Origin: an uncultured Eubacteriales bacterium
Lineage (GTDB): Bacteria > Bacillota > Clostridia > Christensenellales > CAG-138
Assembly (NCBI GenBank): GCA_900319345.1
Contig: ONNZ01000002.1
Span: 21,111-85,110, forward strand
Reading direction: 5' to 3'
DNA: 64,000 nt
Shown here: positions 52,607 through 61,588 of the stretch, one piece after another
Numbering within the stretch: the stretch's first letter is position 1
Layout: each line of letters opens with the position of its first letter
Position numbers and translations under genes: made by a program
Notes under the pieces: model-generated
The model's input: only the letters and a program-made list of their open reading frames with translations
The model's database searches: none
Told to the model about the DNA's origin: nothing

Positions 52607-53721
52607 ATCTCCCTCACCCTCTCGGGAAAGTATTGATAAAACGTGCACGGCAGGCCCCCGTTGCTGAGCTTTCTCCGCTTGTCCGCCCGCTTGCCGTAGA
52701 CCTTCTCGAAGTTGTCCATGCCGGAGATGATGCCAATGTTCCAGCCGGGGAGGCCGTCGAAGACGCGGCGCATGTCCCGATAGAGGTCCGCCGCCTCCTT
52801 GCCCGTGAGCATCCGCTCCCCGTAGGGCGGGTTGCAGAGCAGGAGCCCCTTCTCGTAGTCCGTCTTCAGCTTCTGGACCGGCCGCACCTCCCAATGGACC
52901 TCCACCCCCGCCTTCTCGGCGTGGCGGCGGGCCACGGCCACGGAGCGCTCGTCGATATCGTAGCCGAAGATGGGGAGCCTGTCGTGGCGCTCCTCGTCCC
53001 GGGCCTGCTCCCGGGCCTTCGGGAAGACGCGGGCGTCCAGGAAGGGCCAGTCCTCCGCGGCGAAGCGCCGGTTCAGGGAGGGGGCCTTGTTATTGCCGAT
53101 CATGGCCGCCTCGATGGGCATGGTGCCGCTGCCGCACATGGGGTCCATAAAGGGCGTGTCCGGCCAATAACGGCTCAGCAAGATGAGCCCAGCGCCAAGG
53201 GTCTCGCTCAGCGGCGCGGCCACGTTATAGGTCCGATACCCCCGGCGAGAGAGGCCCGCCCCGCAGCAATCCAGGGCCACGGTGACCTTGTCCCGCAGGA
53301 GCCCCACCTCCACGATGACCTCCGCCCCGTCCTCCGGGACGCGGTCCGTGCGATAGGCGGCCTTCAGGTTCTCCACGATGGCCTTCTTGGCGATGCTCTG
53401 GCAGTCGGACACGGAGAACAGGGTGCTCTTGGCGCTCTTGCCGTTCACGTGGATGCGGCTGTGGGGGGTCAGATAGGGCTTCCAGTCCAGGGCCTTCACG
53501 CCCTCGAACAGGGCTTCGAAGGTGGTGGCTTCGAAGGAGCCCACCTCCAGCAGCAGCCGTTCCGCCGTGCGCAGGTACAGGAGGGCCCGGGCCATGTCCT
53601 CATAGGAGCCGGTGAAGCTCACGTTGGCGTCCGCGTTCTGCACGTCGGATATATCCATCTTTTTGAGCTGGAAGGCGGTGACCGACTCCAACCCCAGCTT
53701 GGTGGTGGCGATGAATCTCAT
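52603..53721 (-). CDS. THUMP-domain class I SAM-dependent RNA methyltransferase (RlmL/YpsC-like)
   Basis: I trimmed the start to the ATG at 53721 (MRFIATTKLGLESVTAFQLKKM...). It has a THUMP N-terminus, DPMCGSGT and NPPYGERM; 372 aa. Confidence 0.88.
   Translation of the reverse strand: MRFIATTKLGLESVTAFQLKKMDISDVQNADANVSFTGSYEDMARALLYLRTAERLLLEVGSFEATTFEALFEGVKALDWKPYLTPHSRIHVNGKSAKSTLFSVSDCQSIAKKAIVENLKAAYRTDRVPEDGAEVIVEVGLLRDKVTVALDCCGAGLSRRGYRTYNVAAPLSETLGAGLILLSRYWPDTPFMDPMCGSGTMPIEAAMIGNNKAPSLNRRFAAEDWPFLDARVFPKAREQARDEERHDRLPIFGYDIDERSVAVARRHAEKAGVEVHWEVRPVQKLKTDYEKGLLLCNPPYGERMLTGKEAADLYRDMRRVFDGLPGWNIGIISGMDNFEKVYGKRADKRRKLSNGGLPCTFYQYFPERVREI
52611..52659 (-). repeat. Direct repeat R2 (49 nt), forming the current 3' end of the methyltransferase gene
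   Basis: See R1. It encodes GGLPCTFYQYFPERVR. Confidence 0.8.
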
Positions 53722-55430
53722 TCCCGGCTCCCCTCCTCCAGTGTGGTAAAGATCATCTTCAGGGCGTTGTTCAGCCGCCGCGCGGTGATGTCGAAGGCCT
53801 CGCACAGGGCTTCCTCGGTGATCTGCTGCTCCAGGAAATGGACCGCCATGCATACGAAGGCGGCGGTGAAAGCGTCCTCCTGGGTAGGCGAGATGCGGCG
53901 GTACTTGCCCTTCTGGGCCAGGACGAAGTAGTAGAAGGCCCGCTGGGCGAACTCCGCCGTCTTCTCCGGGCAGTCGATCTCCTCGGCGCAGCGGGCAAGC
54001 CGCTGGAAGATCTTCATGTAGGGCTTGGGCAGGTCCGCGGGGAGCGTGGCGTGGATGACCTCCCCGAACTGCCAGAGGCCGTTGTAGAACATGGCGTGGG
54101 GCTCCGCCCCGTCGAAGGTGTGCAAGGCGCCGAAGGCGATCTGCTTGTCCTCGTCGGACTGGTCGGCCCGCAGCAGGAACGCGCGCAGCAGCCGCTCCGC
54201 CTCCCTGTCCCCCGCCACCACCAGGATGGTGATGATGCCGTGCTTGTCCGGGGCCAGGGGCGAAACGAGGGCCCAGCCCACCAGGTCCCGAAACTCCCCG
54301 TCCTCCGCCCAGCGTTTGGCCAGGTATTCGGGGCCCTTCGCGAAGGTTTCCCCCATCCGGCGCAGCCGTTCGGCGGCGATCCGATAGGGCACGTCGTACT
54401 GGATGGTCCAGCCCTTGCCGCCCCTTTTGGGGTCCGGCTCCGCCTGAACGGCGTCGAGATACCAAGCGGCCACGGTGTCGTGGGGGTCCATCTCCACGAT
54501 CCGCCGATACAGGTCCGCGGCCTCCCTGGCCTTGCCCAGCATATACTTCGTATACCCCAGCTCGTGGAGGGTCAGGGGATCGTAGGGGATGATCTTATAG
54601 AGGGTCTCCCCGCACTCCTCCACCCGCACGTAGTCCTCCAGCTCCAGGAGCATCACGTTCAGGTTCCCCAGCTCCTCCGTGGTGCCGTCCACCGGGATGG
54701 GGATGGAGTTCAATATCTCCCGAGCCTCCCGCTTCTTGCCCTCGCCCCGCTTCAGCAGGGCCAGCAGGCACTTGGCGCGGACGTAGTGGCTGTCCTCCTT
54801 GAGGATGTTGAAGAGCCGCTGCTCGCAGGCCTCGTACTCCTCCAAACAGTACTCCGACAGGGCGATCTCCATCTGAAGCCACAGGGACCGGGGGTACCGT
54901 TCCTCCAGGTCCAAGAGGTGCCGCAGGGCCTCCCGATCCCGGCCGGACACGTGGAGGGTCTTGGCGTAGTGGATGTGGGCGATCAAATCCAGGTCCTCCC
55001 CCTCATCGAGGCCCAGCTGCCAGTTCATCTCCGGGGTATCGTCCATCATGTCGAGATAGTCCGCGGCGTCGGCGGCATAGGCTCCCTCCGGGTCCGCCTT
55101 GAGGTAGTACTCGAGGCACATGCGGGCGGGGCCGAACTCCTCCATGGCGATGAAGTTGCTGGCCATGCCGAAAAGCCCGTCGGGAGGCAGGGCCTCCAGC
55201 CGCCCCAGACCCATGAGCACGGCGATGCTCTCCTCGAACCGCTGCATCCGGTTCATGATCTCCGCCAGGGCGATGGTGATCTCCGGGTTGTCCGGGTCCT
55301 TCTCGTGGGCGAGGCGCAGATGGGACAGGGCGCGGATCAGGTTCCCCGCCTCCGCCTGACGGCGGCCGGTGCGCAGATAGAACCCCGCCCCCTGGTCGAA
55401 GGACAGTATGTTGTCCCGCTCCTGCTTCAC
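53718..55430 (-). CDS. TPR-repeat protein
   Basis: About 570 aa with several TPR-like helical repeats (ALSHLRLAHEKDPDNPEITIALAEIMNRMQRFEESI...). I chose the GTG at 55430, which has AGGAG 8 nt upstream and overlaps the hslO stop as GTGA. The longer track ORF overlaps hslO. Confidence 0.7.
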   Translation of the reverse strand: MKQERDNILSFDQGAGFYLRTGRRQAEAGNLIRALSHLRLAHEKDPDNPEITIALAEIMNRMQRFEESIAVLMGLGRLEALPPDGLFGMASNFIAMEEFGPARMCLEYYLKADPEGAYAADAADYLDMMDDTPEMNWQLGLDEGEDLDLIAHIHYAKTLHVSGRDREALRHLLDLEERYPRSLWLQMEIALSEYCLEEYEACEQRLFNILKEDSHYVRAKCLLALLKRGEGKKREAREILNSIPIPVDGTTEELGNLNVMLLELEDYVRVEECGETLYKIIPYDPLTLHELGYTKYMLGKAREAADLYRRIVEMDPHDTVAAWYLDAVQAEPDPKRGGKGWTIQYDVPYRIAAERLRRMGETFAKGPEYLAKRWAEDGEFRDLVGWALVSPLAPDKHGIITILVVAGDREAERLLRAFLLRADQSDEDKQIAFGALHTFDGAEPHAMFYNGLWQFGEVIHATLPADLPKPYMKIFQRLARCAEEIDCPEKTAEFAQRAFYYFVLAQKGKYRRISPTQEDAFTAAFVCMAVHFLEQQITEEALCEAFDITARRLNNALKMIFTTLEEGSRE

Positions 55431-56323
55431 GCCTGGGCTCCTTCCCGGAGGATGGCCAACAGCTCCGCCTTGGTGAAGGTATACCTGCTGTTGCAGAAAT
55501 GACAGCTGAGCTCCGCCTGGCCGTCCTCCTCGATGATCTCGGAAAGCTCCTCCCGGCCAAGGCTCATGAGGGCCCGCTCCATGCGCTCCCGGCTGCAATC
55601 GCACCGGTAGGCGGGACGAAGCTCCTCCGTGAAGGACACGTCCCCCTCCGGGAACAGGGAGAGGACCACGTCCCGCAAGCCTTCGCCTTCGGAGAGACGC
55701 TCTGTGAGATGGGGGATGGCCTCGGCCTTAGTCATGACGTAATCCACGTGCTCGGCGGGACAGTCGGGCAGGGGCTGAATGAGCAGGCCGCCGGCGCCCA
55801 GGACCTGGCCCGACAGGGGCTCCAGCCGGACGCCCAGGTACACCAGGCTGGGCTGCTGCTCAGAGGCGGTGAAATACTCAGCGAAATCCTCCGCCACCTC
55901 GCCGGAAATGAGGTGGCACATACCCACGTAGGGCTCCTTGAGGGACAGGTCCCGGACCACGGTAAGCTTGCCGTTTTGGCCCACGTAGCCGCCCACGTCC
56001 AGCTTGCCGTTGGGCTTAGGGGGCAGCTCGCAGGCCGGGTCCCCGGTGCAACCCTTCACGAAGGGGCCCTTGCGGCCCACGCAAACGAGGTTCCCCCCAG
56101 GGCCGCCTCCGGAAAGGATGGCGGAGACAGAGTCCGTGTCGTTCTTCAGCTGCCCGGCCATCATGGCTACCATGAGAAGCTCCCGGCCCAACGCGGCGGT
56201 GGCCGTGCGGCTGAGGGCATGGATGCGCTGGGCCTCCGTCACCAGTTCCCGACCGGTGATGGCGGCGAAGCGGATGGTATCGTGTTTCAAAAGTCCCTGC
56301 AGGATCGTATCGTTCATGTTCAT
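55427..56323 (-). CDS. hslO: Redox-regulated chaperone Hsp33
   Basis: 298 aa with the C-terminal zinc centre YRCDCSRERM ... LSCHFCNSRY. Confidence 0.93.
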   Translation of the reverse strand: MNMNDTILQGLLKHDTIRFAAITGRELVTEAQRIHALSRTATAALGRELLMVAMMAGQLKNDTDSVSAILSGGGPGGNLVCVGRKGPFVKGCTGDPACELPPKPNGKLDVGGYVGQNGKLTVVRDLSLKEPYVGMCHLISGEVAEDFAEYFTASEQQPSLVYLGVRLEPLSGQVLGAGGLLIQPLPDCPAEHVDYVMTKAEAIPHLTERLSEGEGLRDVVLSLFPEGDVSFTEELRPAYRCDCSRERMERALMSLGREELSEIIEEDGQAELSCHFCNSRYTFTKAELLAILREGAQA

Positions 56324-57057
56324 TCCTTTCGCGCGGTGAATTGAAGCCGTTCCGCCCTATCCGTCGGCGGGTTCCTGGTGAAGGCTTCGTACACCTGTAT
56401 GTCATGGAAGCCGCTGCTTGCGAGGGCGGCCCTCAGCTCTTCCTCGGTATAGGCCCGCTGGCTGTGGTGCTCCTCGAAGCGGGCGTAGCCTGTCCCCTGC
56501 TTCAAAAAGCCGGTGAGGAGCATGTCCACCCGGCCGAGGCGGGGATGGTAGGTGTTCTCCCAGATGTAGGCCCAGTCCGGGCCGGTGGCGGCGAAGGTGT
56601 TGTCGCCCAAAACGGCGGACAGCTTGTAGGCGGAGGACACGTCGAAGAGGAGCATGCCGCCGGGCTTCAGGGCCTTCCAGGCGGATTGAAAGAAGTCCTC
56701 GACCCCGTCCATAAGATAGTTCACCCCGTCGCAAGCTGCGACCACCGCGTCCACGGGCTTGTGGAGGGCGATGCGCCGCATGTCCTGGCAGACGAAGGGC
56801 AAAAACCGCAGCCCTGCGTCGAGGGCCTTCTGCCGAGCCCCCATGAGCATGTCCTCGGACAGGTCCGCCCCGGTCATGGCATAGCCCATGCGGGCCAGGC
56901 GCACCGTCAAACTCCCGGTGCCGCAGGCGCATTCGAGGACGCTTTTCGCCCCCGCCTCCCTCAGAAAGCCGTCGATATAGCTGGCCCAGCCGTCGTAGTC
57001 CACGTCCGCCATCATGCGGTCGTAGCCCGCGGCAAAGGCGCTGTACGCTTCGTTCAT
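56320..57057 (-). CDS. Class I SAM-dependent methyltransferase
   Basis: VLECACGTGSLTVRLARMG (motif I); 245 aa. Confidence 0.85.
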   Translation of the reverse strand: MNEAYSAFAAGYDRMMADVDYDGWASYIDGFLREAGAKSVLECACGTGSLTVRLARMGYAMTGADLSEDMLMGARQKALDAGLRFLPFVCQDMRRIALHKPVDAVVAACDGVNYLMDGVEDFFQSAWKALKPGGMLLFDVSSAYKLSAVLGDNTFAATGPDWAYIWENTYHPRLGRVDMLLTGFLKQGTGYARFEEHHSQRAYTEEELRAALASSGFHDIQVYEAFTRNPPTDRAERLQFTARKE

Positions 57058-57989
57058 ATCAACCCATTCTCCAGGTCCTGGGCGTATTCCACCAGCCGGG
57101 TGAGCCGGTGGTTCATGCCCGATTTTTTGATATCCGCCATGTCGGCCAGCTCCTGCAAGCTGGCGTCCGGGTAGTTGAGCCGAAGCTCCGCCGCCTCCTT
57201 CAGGGCCTTGGGCAGCCGCTGGAAGTGGCCGTGGCTCAGAATGGTGTTCACCGCCTGCTGCTGCTTGACGGAGGCGGCCACCAGCTTATCCAGGTTGGCG
57301 TACTCGCAGTTGGTGGTCCGGTTCACGTAGTTCCTGGTCTCCTTCTCCGCCCGCACGTTCTCCAAATCCAGCGCCGCGATGTTGGAGCCGATGAGGGCCA
57401 GAAAGCCGGTGACGCTGTCCCCCTCCTTCAGGTACACCACGTACCGGTTCCGGCGCAGGGCGTATCGGGCGTTGAGCCCGTACCCGTTCAGCAGGTCGCA
57501 CAGGCCCGCGGCGAAGCTCTCCGCCCGGCAGAGGATCTCCACGCTGTACTCCCCCTGGGGATCGGAGCAGCTGCCCGCCCCCAAGAAGCACCCCCGCACG
57601 AAGGCGCGCCGGGCCTCGTCCTCCCGGACCAGGTCCTCCGGCAGCCGGGACAGCAGATGGACGCCCTCCTCGTCCAAGACCATGACACCCGTGGCGGACA
57701 GCATCTCCCCCGCCTTCGGTCCGCTCATGTTCACCACGTAGAGGGGGGCCTTCCGATGCTCCCGCACCCGCTCCTCCATCTCCACGTCCAGCTCGTAGAG
57801 GGACGTGCCCAGGGCGGCGATATGCCGGCCCACCTCCCGATTCTCCGTGCGGTAGCTGACTGCCTTGCGGCGGCCCAGCTTCAAATTCCCGCAAGCAAAG
57901 GTGAGGCCGGCCAGTTCGGCCAGCTTCACACCTGCGTCCCGCACCCGGATGCGGACCACCTCGTCCTTGATGTTGGAAGCAAAGCTCAT
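57054..57989 (-). CDS. whiA: DNA-binding protein WhiA
   Basis: 311 aa with LAGLIDADG-like repeats and a C-terminal HTH. It follows rapZ, as in other Firmicutes. Confidence 0.92.
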   Translation of the reverse strand: MSFASNIKDEVVRIRVRDAGVKLAELAGLTFACGNLKLGRRKAVSYRTENREVGRHIAALGTSLYELDVEMEERVREHRKAPLYVVNMSGPKAGEMLSATGVMVLDEEGVHLLSRLPEDLVREDEARRAFVRGCFLGAGSCSDPQGEYSVEILCRAESFAAGLCDLLNGYGLNARYALRRNRYVVYLKEGDSVTGFLALIGSNIAALDLENVRAEKETRNYVNRTTNCEYANLDKLVAASVKQQQAVNTILSHGHFQRLPKALKEAAELRLNYPDASLQELADMADIKKSGMNHRLTRLVEYAQDLENGLI

Positions 57990-58874
57990 TTAGTGCATCA
58001 TCCTGCTTTCGATATCTGCCGCCTCGATGGTTAAGTCCCTATGGTACACCCGGGCGGGGATACCCTTCTCCCGAAGGCGATGGGCCACCGCTTCCGCGGC
58101 GTACACGGACCGATGGCGGCCGCCGGTGCAGCCGAAGCACAGCCGCAGCAGGTTCTTCCCCTGCTGCTCGTAGCAGGGCAGGGTCTTCTCCACCAGGTCC
58201 ACGGTCCAGTTCAGCACGTCCTCCACGAGGGGCTTGTCCTTCAAAAAGTCGATGACCGGCTGGTCAAGGCCGGAAAGCCTGCGGAGCTCCGGCACATAGT
58301 AGGGGTTCTCCGCAAAGCGCATGTCCAGCACCATGTCCGCGTCCACGGGCACGCCCCGCTTGTAGCCGAAGCTGCAGATGACCAGGCTCACGTGGGGGGT
58401 GCTGATCTCCGGCAGTATTTTCTTCATCATCTTGGGGAAGTTGCGGGCTGCCACGTCGGAAGTGTCCACCACGTAGTCCGCATGGGCCAGCATGTTCCCC
58501 AGATACGCCCGCTCCAAGCGCACCCCGGAGGCGGCGTCGCCGCCCTCGCCCAGGGGGTGCCGGCGACGGGTCTCGTTGTACCGCTCCAAAAGCACCTCGT
58601 CCCGAGCGTCCAGGAACAATATCTCATATCGGCAGGACAGGGCCCGCAGCACGTCCAGGGCATCCTCCGGCTTGGCGGACAGGAGGCTTTCCCGGCTGTC
58701 CACCGCCACCGCCGCCCGTTCGATGGGCACGTCCGCCTTGTTGCACATCTCCACGAAGGCCGGCAGCATGGGGGACGGCAGGTTGTCCACGCAGTAGTAG
58801 CCCATCTCCTCCAGGGCGTTCAGGGCGGTGCTCTTGCCCGCGCCGCTCATGCCTGTGACGATCAAAAGATACAT
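57990..58874 (-). CDS. rapZ: RNase adapter protein RapZ (YvcJ)
   Basis: MYLLIVTGMSGAGKSTALNALEEMGYYCVDNLP; C-terminal GCTGGRHRSV. Confidence 0.95.
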   Translation of the reverse strand: MYLLIVTGMSGAGKSTALNALEEMGYYCVDNLPSPMLPAFVEMCNKADVPIERAAVAVDSRESLLSAKPEDALDVLRALSCRYEILFLDARDEVLLERYNETRRRHPLGEGGDAASGVRLERAYLGNMLAHADYVVDTSDVAARNFPKMMKKILPEISTPHVSLVICSFGYKRGVPVDADMVLDMRFAENPYYVPELRRLSGLDQPVIDFLKDKPLVEDVLNWTVDLVEKTLPCYEQQGKNLLRLCFGCTGGRHRSVYAAEAVAHRLREKGIPARVYHRDLTIEAADIESRMMH

Positions 58875-59776
58875 ACAAGATCCTCCAGTCGTTTCACCTC
58901 GGGTTCCAACGTGACGCCTGTCTCACGATATACCACGTCCTGCACGTGCCGGATCAACGCCTGTATGTCCCCCGCCGTGGCCCCACCCCGGTTCACGATG
59001 AACCCGGCGTGGAGCTCGGAGACCTGGGCCCCGCCCACGGTGCAGCCCTTGAGATGGCAGCCCTCGATGAGGGCTCCCGCGAAGTGGCCCTCCGGCCGCT
59101 TGAAGGTGCTGCCCGCCGAAGGCAGGGACAGGGGCTGCTTCTCCCGGCGCCGCCGCATGCAGTCGGCCATGGTGTCGGCCGCCGTGCCGTCGTCCGGGGC
59201 GAGCTGGAGCTCCACCGCGGTCACGATTGTCTTCGGCCAGGTATAGGGGCTTCTGCGATAGCCCATCTCATCAAGGCGGGCGTCCTCCCAAGCGAAGCCG
59301 CCCTCCCGGTAGCAGCGGACCCGTTTTAGCACGTTTTTGATCTCGCCGCCATAGGCCCCGGCGTTCATGGCCACGGCCCCGCCCACGGTGCCCGGGATGC
59401 CGCACAGGCGCTCAAGGCCCATGAGCCCCCGCTGCACGCTCTCCTTGGCGAGGGCGGTCAGGGAGCAGCCCGCGCCCACCGTGACCTTCTCCCCCTCGAA
59501 CAGGGGGGCCGAACCATCGCCGGAAAGCTGCAGGATCAGGCCGGAGAAGCCCTCGTCGGAGGGCAGCACGTTGGTGCCGTTGCCCAACAGGATGACGGGT
59601 ATCTGCGCCGCCTGGCACAGTTCCAGGGCGCGGCACAGCGTCCCCTCCTCCTTGGGCTGCAGCAGGGCGGCGACGGGGCCGCCCACCCGGAAGCTGACCA
59701 GCTCCGACAGGGGCACGTTCTCTTTTGCGCCCAGGTCGATCAGCGCCCGGGCTATATTATCCTTAGGATATACCAT
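58862..59776 (-). CDS. murB: UDP-N-acetylenolpyruvoylglucosamine reductase
   Basis: 304 aa with an FAD-binding domain (LGNGTNVL) and a MurB C-terminal domain (GSTFKRPEGHFAG). Confidence 0.95.
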   Translation of the reverse strand: MVYPKDNIARALIDLGAKENVPLSELVSFRVGGPVAALLQPKEEGTLCRALELCQAAQIPVILLGNGTNVLPSDEGFSGLILQLSGDGSAPLFEGEKVTVGAGCSLTALAKESVQRGLMGLERLCGIPGTVGGAVAMNAGAYGGEIKNVLKRVRCYREGGFAWEDARLDEMGYRRSPYTWPKTIVTAVELQLAPDDGTAADTMADCMRRRREKQPLSLPSAGSTFKRPEGHFAGALIEGCHLKGCTVGGAQVSELHAGFIVNRGGATAGDIQALIRHVQDVVYRETGVTLEPEVKRLEDLVCIF

Positions 59777-59794
59777 GGTATCAGTATAGCAAGT

Positions 59795-60718
59795 TCAAGA
59801 CTCAATTACAATGGCAAGCCGCTGAAAAAAGTTGTTTTTTGCCCCCTCGTCCCCGGCGAGGGCCGCCGCAGCCTCCTCCCGAAGCTTCGTCCGGTGGGTG
59901 TGGTAGGCGAAAGGGTCCGGGGCGATCACCTTCTTATAGGCCCGGTCCAGGTCGAGGAGCAGGCTGTTGCCGTAGGGGCAGGGGGCGTCCGTGCGGACGG
60001 AGAAGGCCCCCAGGGACGGGAGGAGCCGCTGGGTGGGCTCCGACAGCAAGAAGGCGTAGAAGGCCAGGCAGGCCCTGGCCTTTTCCTCGTCCGTGTTCCG
60101 GTCGACGCCCAGATAGCAGACCTGGTCCGTGAAGGCCCCGGCCACGGCGGCGTCCGCCCCCATTTCCCCCTCCCGCTGGATATCCCCCCAGGTCCTCAGG
60201 TCCAGGACCGTGCCCGTCGCCCCGTTGGCCAAGGTCGCCACGGGATCCGTCTCCCCCACGGTGGTCTTCACGTACCCGGAGAAGCACCAGGGGGCGGCGT
60301 AGGGTGTGAGGGCGAGGCCCGGCCGCAGGTCCGTCTCTGGGTCATAGTCCAACCCCTGCAGCAGCTCCTCGTAGAGGGCCCCGGAGAAGAAGGAGTACAT
60401 GTCCGCCCGGCGGCCGTAGGCCATGCGCTCCCAGAAGTCCGCTTCCCCCATGCCCTCCACCGTGATCCGCACGCCGAAGTTCCGCTTGTTGAAGGCCTCC
60501 GCCCGCTCCGTCAAAAAGGCGGTCACGCTGCCCTGGTAGGTCTTGCAGGTGACGATGTGGTAGAGGGTGAGGGGCCCCACGTAGTCCGGCGGCTGGAGCT
60601 GGCGGCTCTTCACGTAGAAGCTCTCCCCCGTCCCCGCCCCCACCCGGGGCCCGGCGTACAGGAGGAACAGTAGGATCAGCAAGGCGGCCGCGGCCCGAAA
60701 ATACAGTCTTTTTCTCAT
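59795..60718 (-). CDS. Hypothetical exported or membrane-anchored protein
   Basis: 307 aa with an N-terminal signal or anchor, MRKRLYFRAAAALLILLFLLYAGP. I recognised no motif. Confidence 0.55.
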   Translation of the reverse strand: MRKRLYFRAAAALLILLFLLYAGPRVGAGTGESFYVKSRQLQPPDYVGPLTLYHIVTCKTYQGSVTAFLTERAEAFNKRNFGVRITVEGMGEADFWERMAYGRRADMYSFFSGALYEELLQGLDYDPETDLRPGLALTPYAAPWCFSGYVKTTVGETDPVATLANGATGTVLDLRTWGDIQREGEMGADAAVAGAFTDQVCYLGVDRNTDEEKARACLAFYAFLLSEPTQRLLPSLGAFSVRTDAPCPYGNSLLLDLDRAYKKVIAPDPFAYHTHRTKLREEAAAALAGDEGAKNNFFQRLAIVIES

Positions 60719-60728
60719 AATTCAGGGT

Positions 60729-60759
60729 ATGCCCGAAAGGTAGACCCGATGCCCGAAAG
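60729..60759 (+). repeat. Two copies of ATGCCCGAAAG spaced 20 bp start-to-start, upstream of spoIIAA
   Basis: Copies are at 60729..60739 and 60749..60759. The motif resembles the Spo0A box TGNCGAA but does not match it. Confidence 0.6.
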
Positions 60760-60783
60760 CTCGTCCTTTTTCGAGGCAGGACG

Positions 60784-60800
60784 CGGCGGCTCCCCCGCCG
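60784..60800 (+). other. GC hairpin plus T-rich run in the spoIIAA leader region
   Basis: CGGCGG-ctccc-CCGCCG followed by tatttattct, about 35 nt upstream of the spoIIAA ATG. Confidence 0.4.
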
Positions 60801-60837
60801 TATTTATTCTGGACAGCCTACGAAAAGGAGATCGCCT

Positions 60838-61143
60838 ATGGAAATAAACGCAAGCAAACGCGGCCCCCGGCTCCATGTGAAGCTGTGCGGGGAGCTGGAC
60901 CACCACAGCGCGGAGCAGACCAGGAACATGCTGGACACCCTCCTAAAGGACATCACCGTCCGGGATTTGACGCTGGACCTCTCCGGTGTCAGTTTCATGG
61001 ACAGCGCGGGCCTCGGGGTGATCCTGGGCCGCTACCGCATCTTGAGCATGCGGGGCGGGCATCTCACCGTGACGGGCATGTCGGGGGCCATCGACAAGAT
61101 CTTCCGCATGTCGGGCGTCTACGCCATCGTGGACAGAGTGTAA
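60838..61143 (+). CDS. spoIIAA: Anti-sigma F factor antagonist (STAS domain)
   Basis: 101 aa. It has DLSGVSFMDSAGLGVILG with the phosphorylatable Ser, and an AAAAGGAG RBS. Confidence 0.93.
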   Translation: MEINASKRGPRLHVKLCGELDHHSAEQTRNMLDTLLKDITVRDLTLDLSGVSFMDSAGLGVILGRYRILSMRGGHLTVTGMSGAIDKIFRMSGVYAIVDRV

Positions 61144-61153
61144 GGAGGCGCGT

Positions 61154-61588
61154 ATGGATAACTGGATGGAGCTGACCTTTCCCTCCCTCTCCGTGAACGA
61201 GGGCTTTGCCCGGGCGGCCACGGCTGCCTTCGCATCGCTGCTGAACCCCACCATCGACGAGCTGTCGGACCTTAGGACCGCGGTGTCCGAAGCGGTGACC
61301 AACGCCATCATCCACGCCTATGGGAACGACCGGGACGCCATGATCACCCTTCGGTGTGAGGCGGAGGGCAAGAAGCTAAAGGTCGTGGTGAAGGACACGG
61401 GCTGCGGCATCGAGGATATCGAGCTCGCCCGTCGGCCCTTCTACACCAGCAAGCCGGAGCTGGAACGGTCCGGCATGGGCTTCGCGGTGATGGAGGCGTT
61501 CATGGACCGGGTGGAGATCGAATCGGCCCCCGGCGAGGGGACCGCCGTGACCATGGAGAAGGAGATCGGCGTCGCCCGTGGGGAGTGA
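61154..61588 (+). CDS. spoIIAB: Anti-sigma F factor (serine kinase)
   Basis: 144 aa with an HATPase_c fold: AVSEAVTNAIIHAY, DTGCGI, GMGFAV. Confidence 0.93.
   Translation: MDNWMELTFPSLSVNEGFARAATAAFASLLNPTIDELSDLRTAVSEAVTNAIIHAYGNDRDAMITLRCEAEGKKLKVVVKDTGCGIEDIELARRPFYTSKPELERSGMGFAVMEAFMDRVEIESAPGEGTAVTMEKEIGVARGE

Noticed and set aside
53718-55604. 628-aa version of the TPR protein.
   Set aside because: The first 58 codons overlap hslO in another frame. A GTG at 55430 has an AGGAG RBS and a GTGA overlap with the hslO stop, which fits better.
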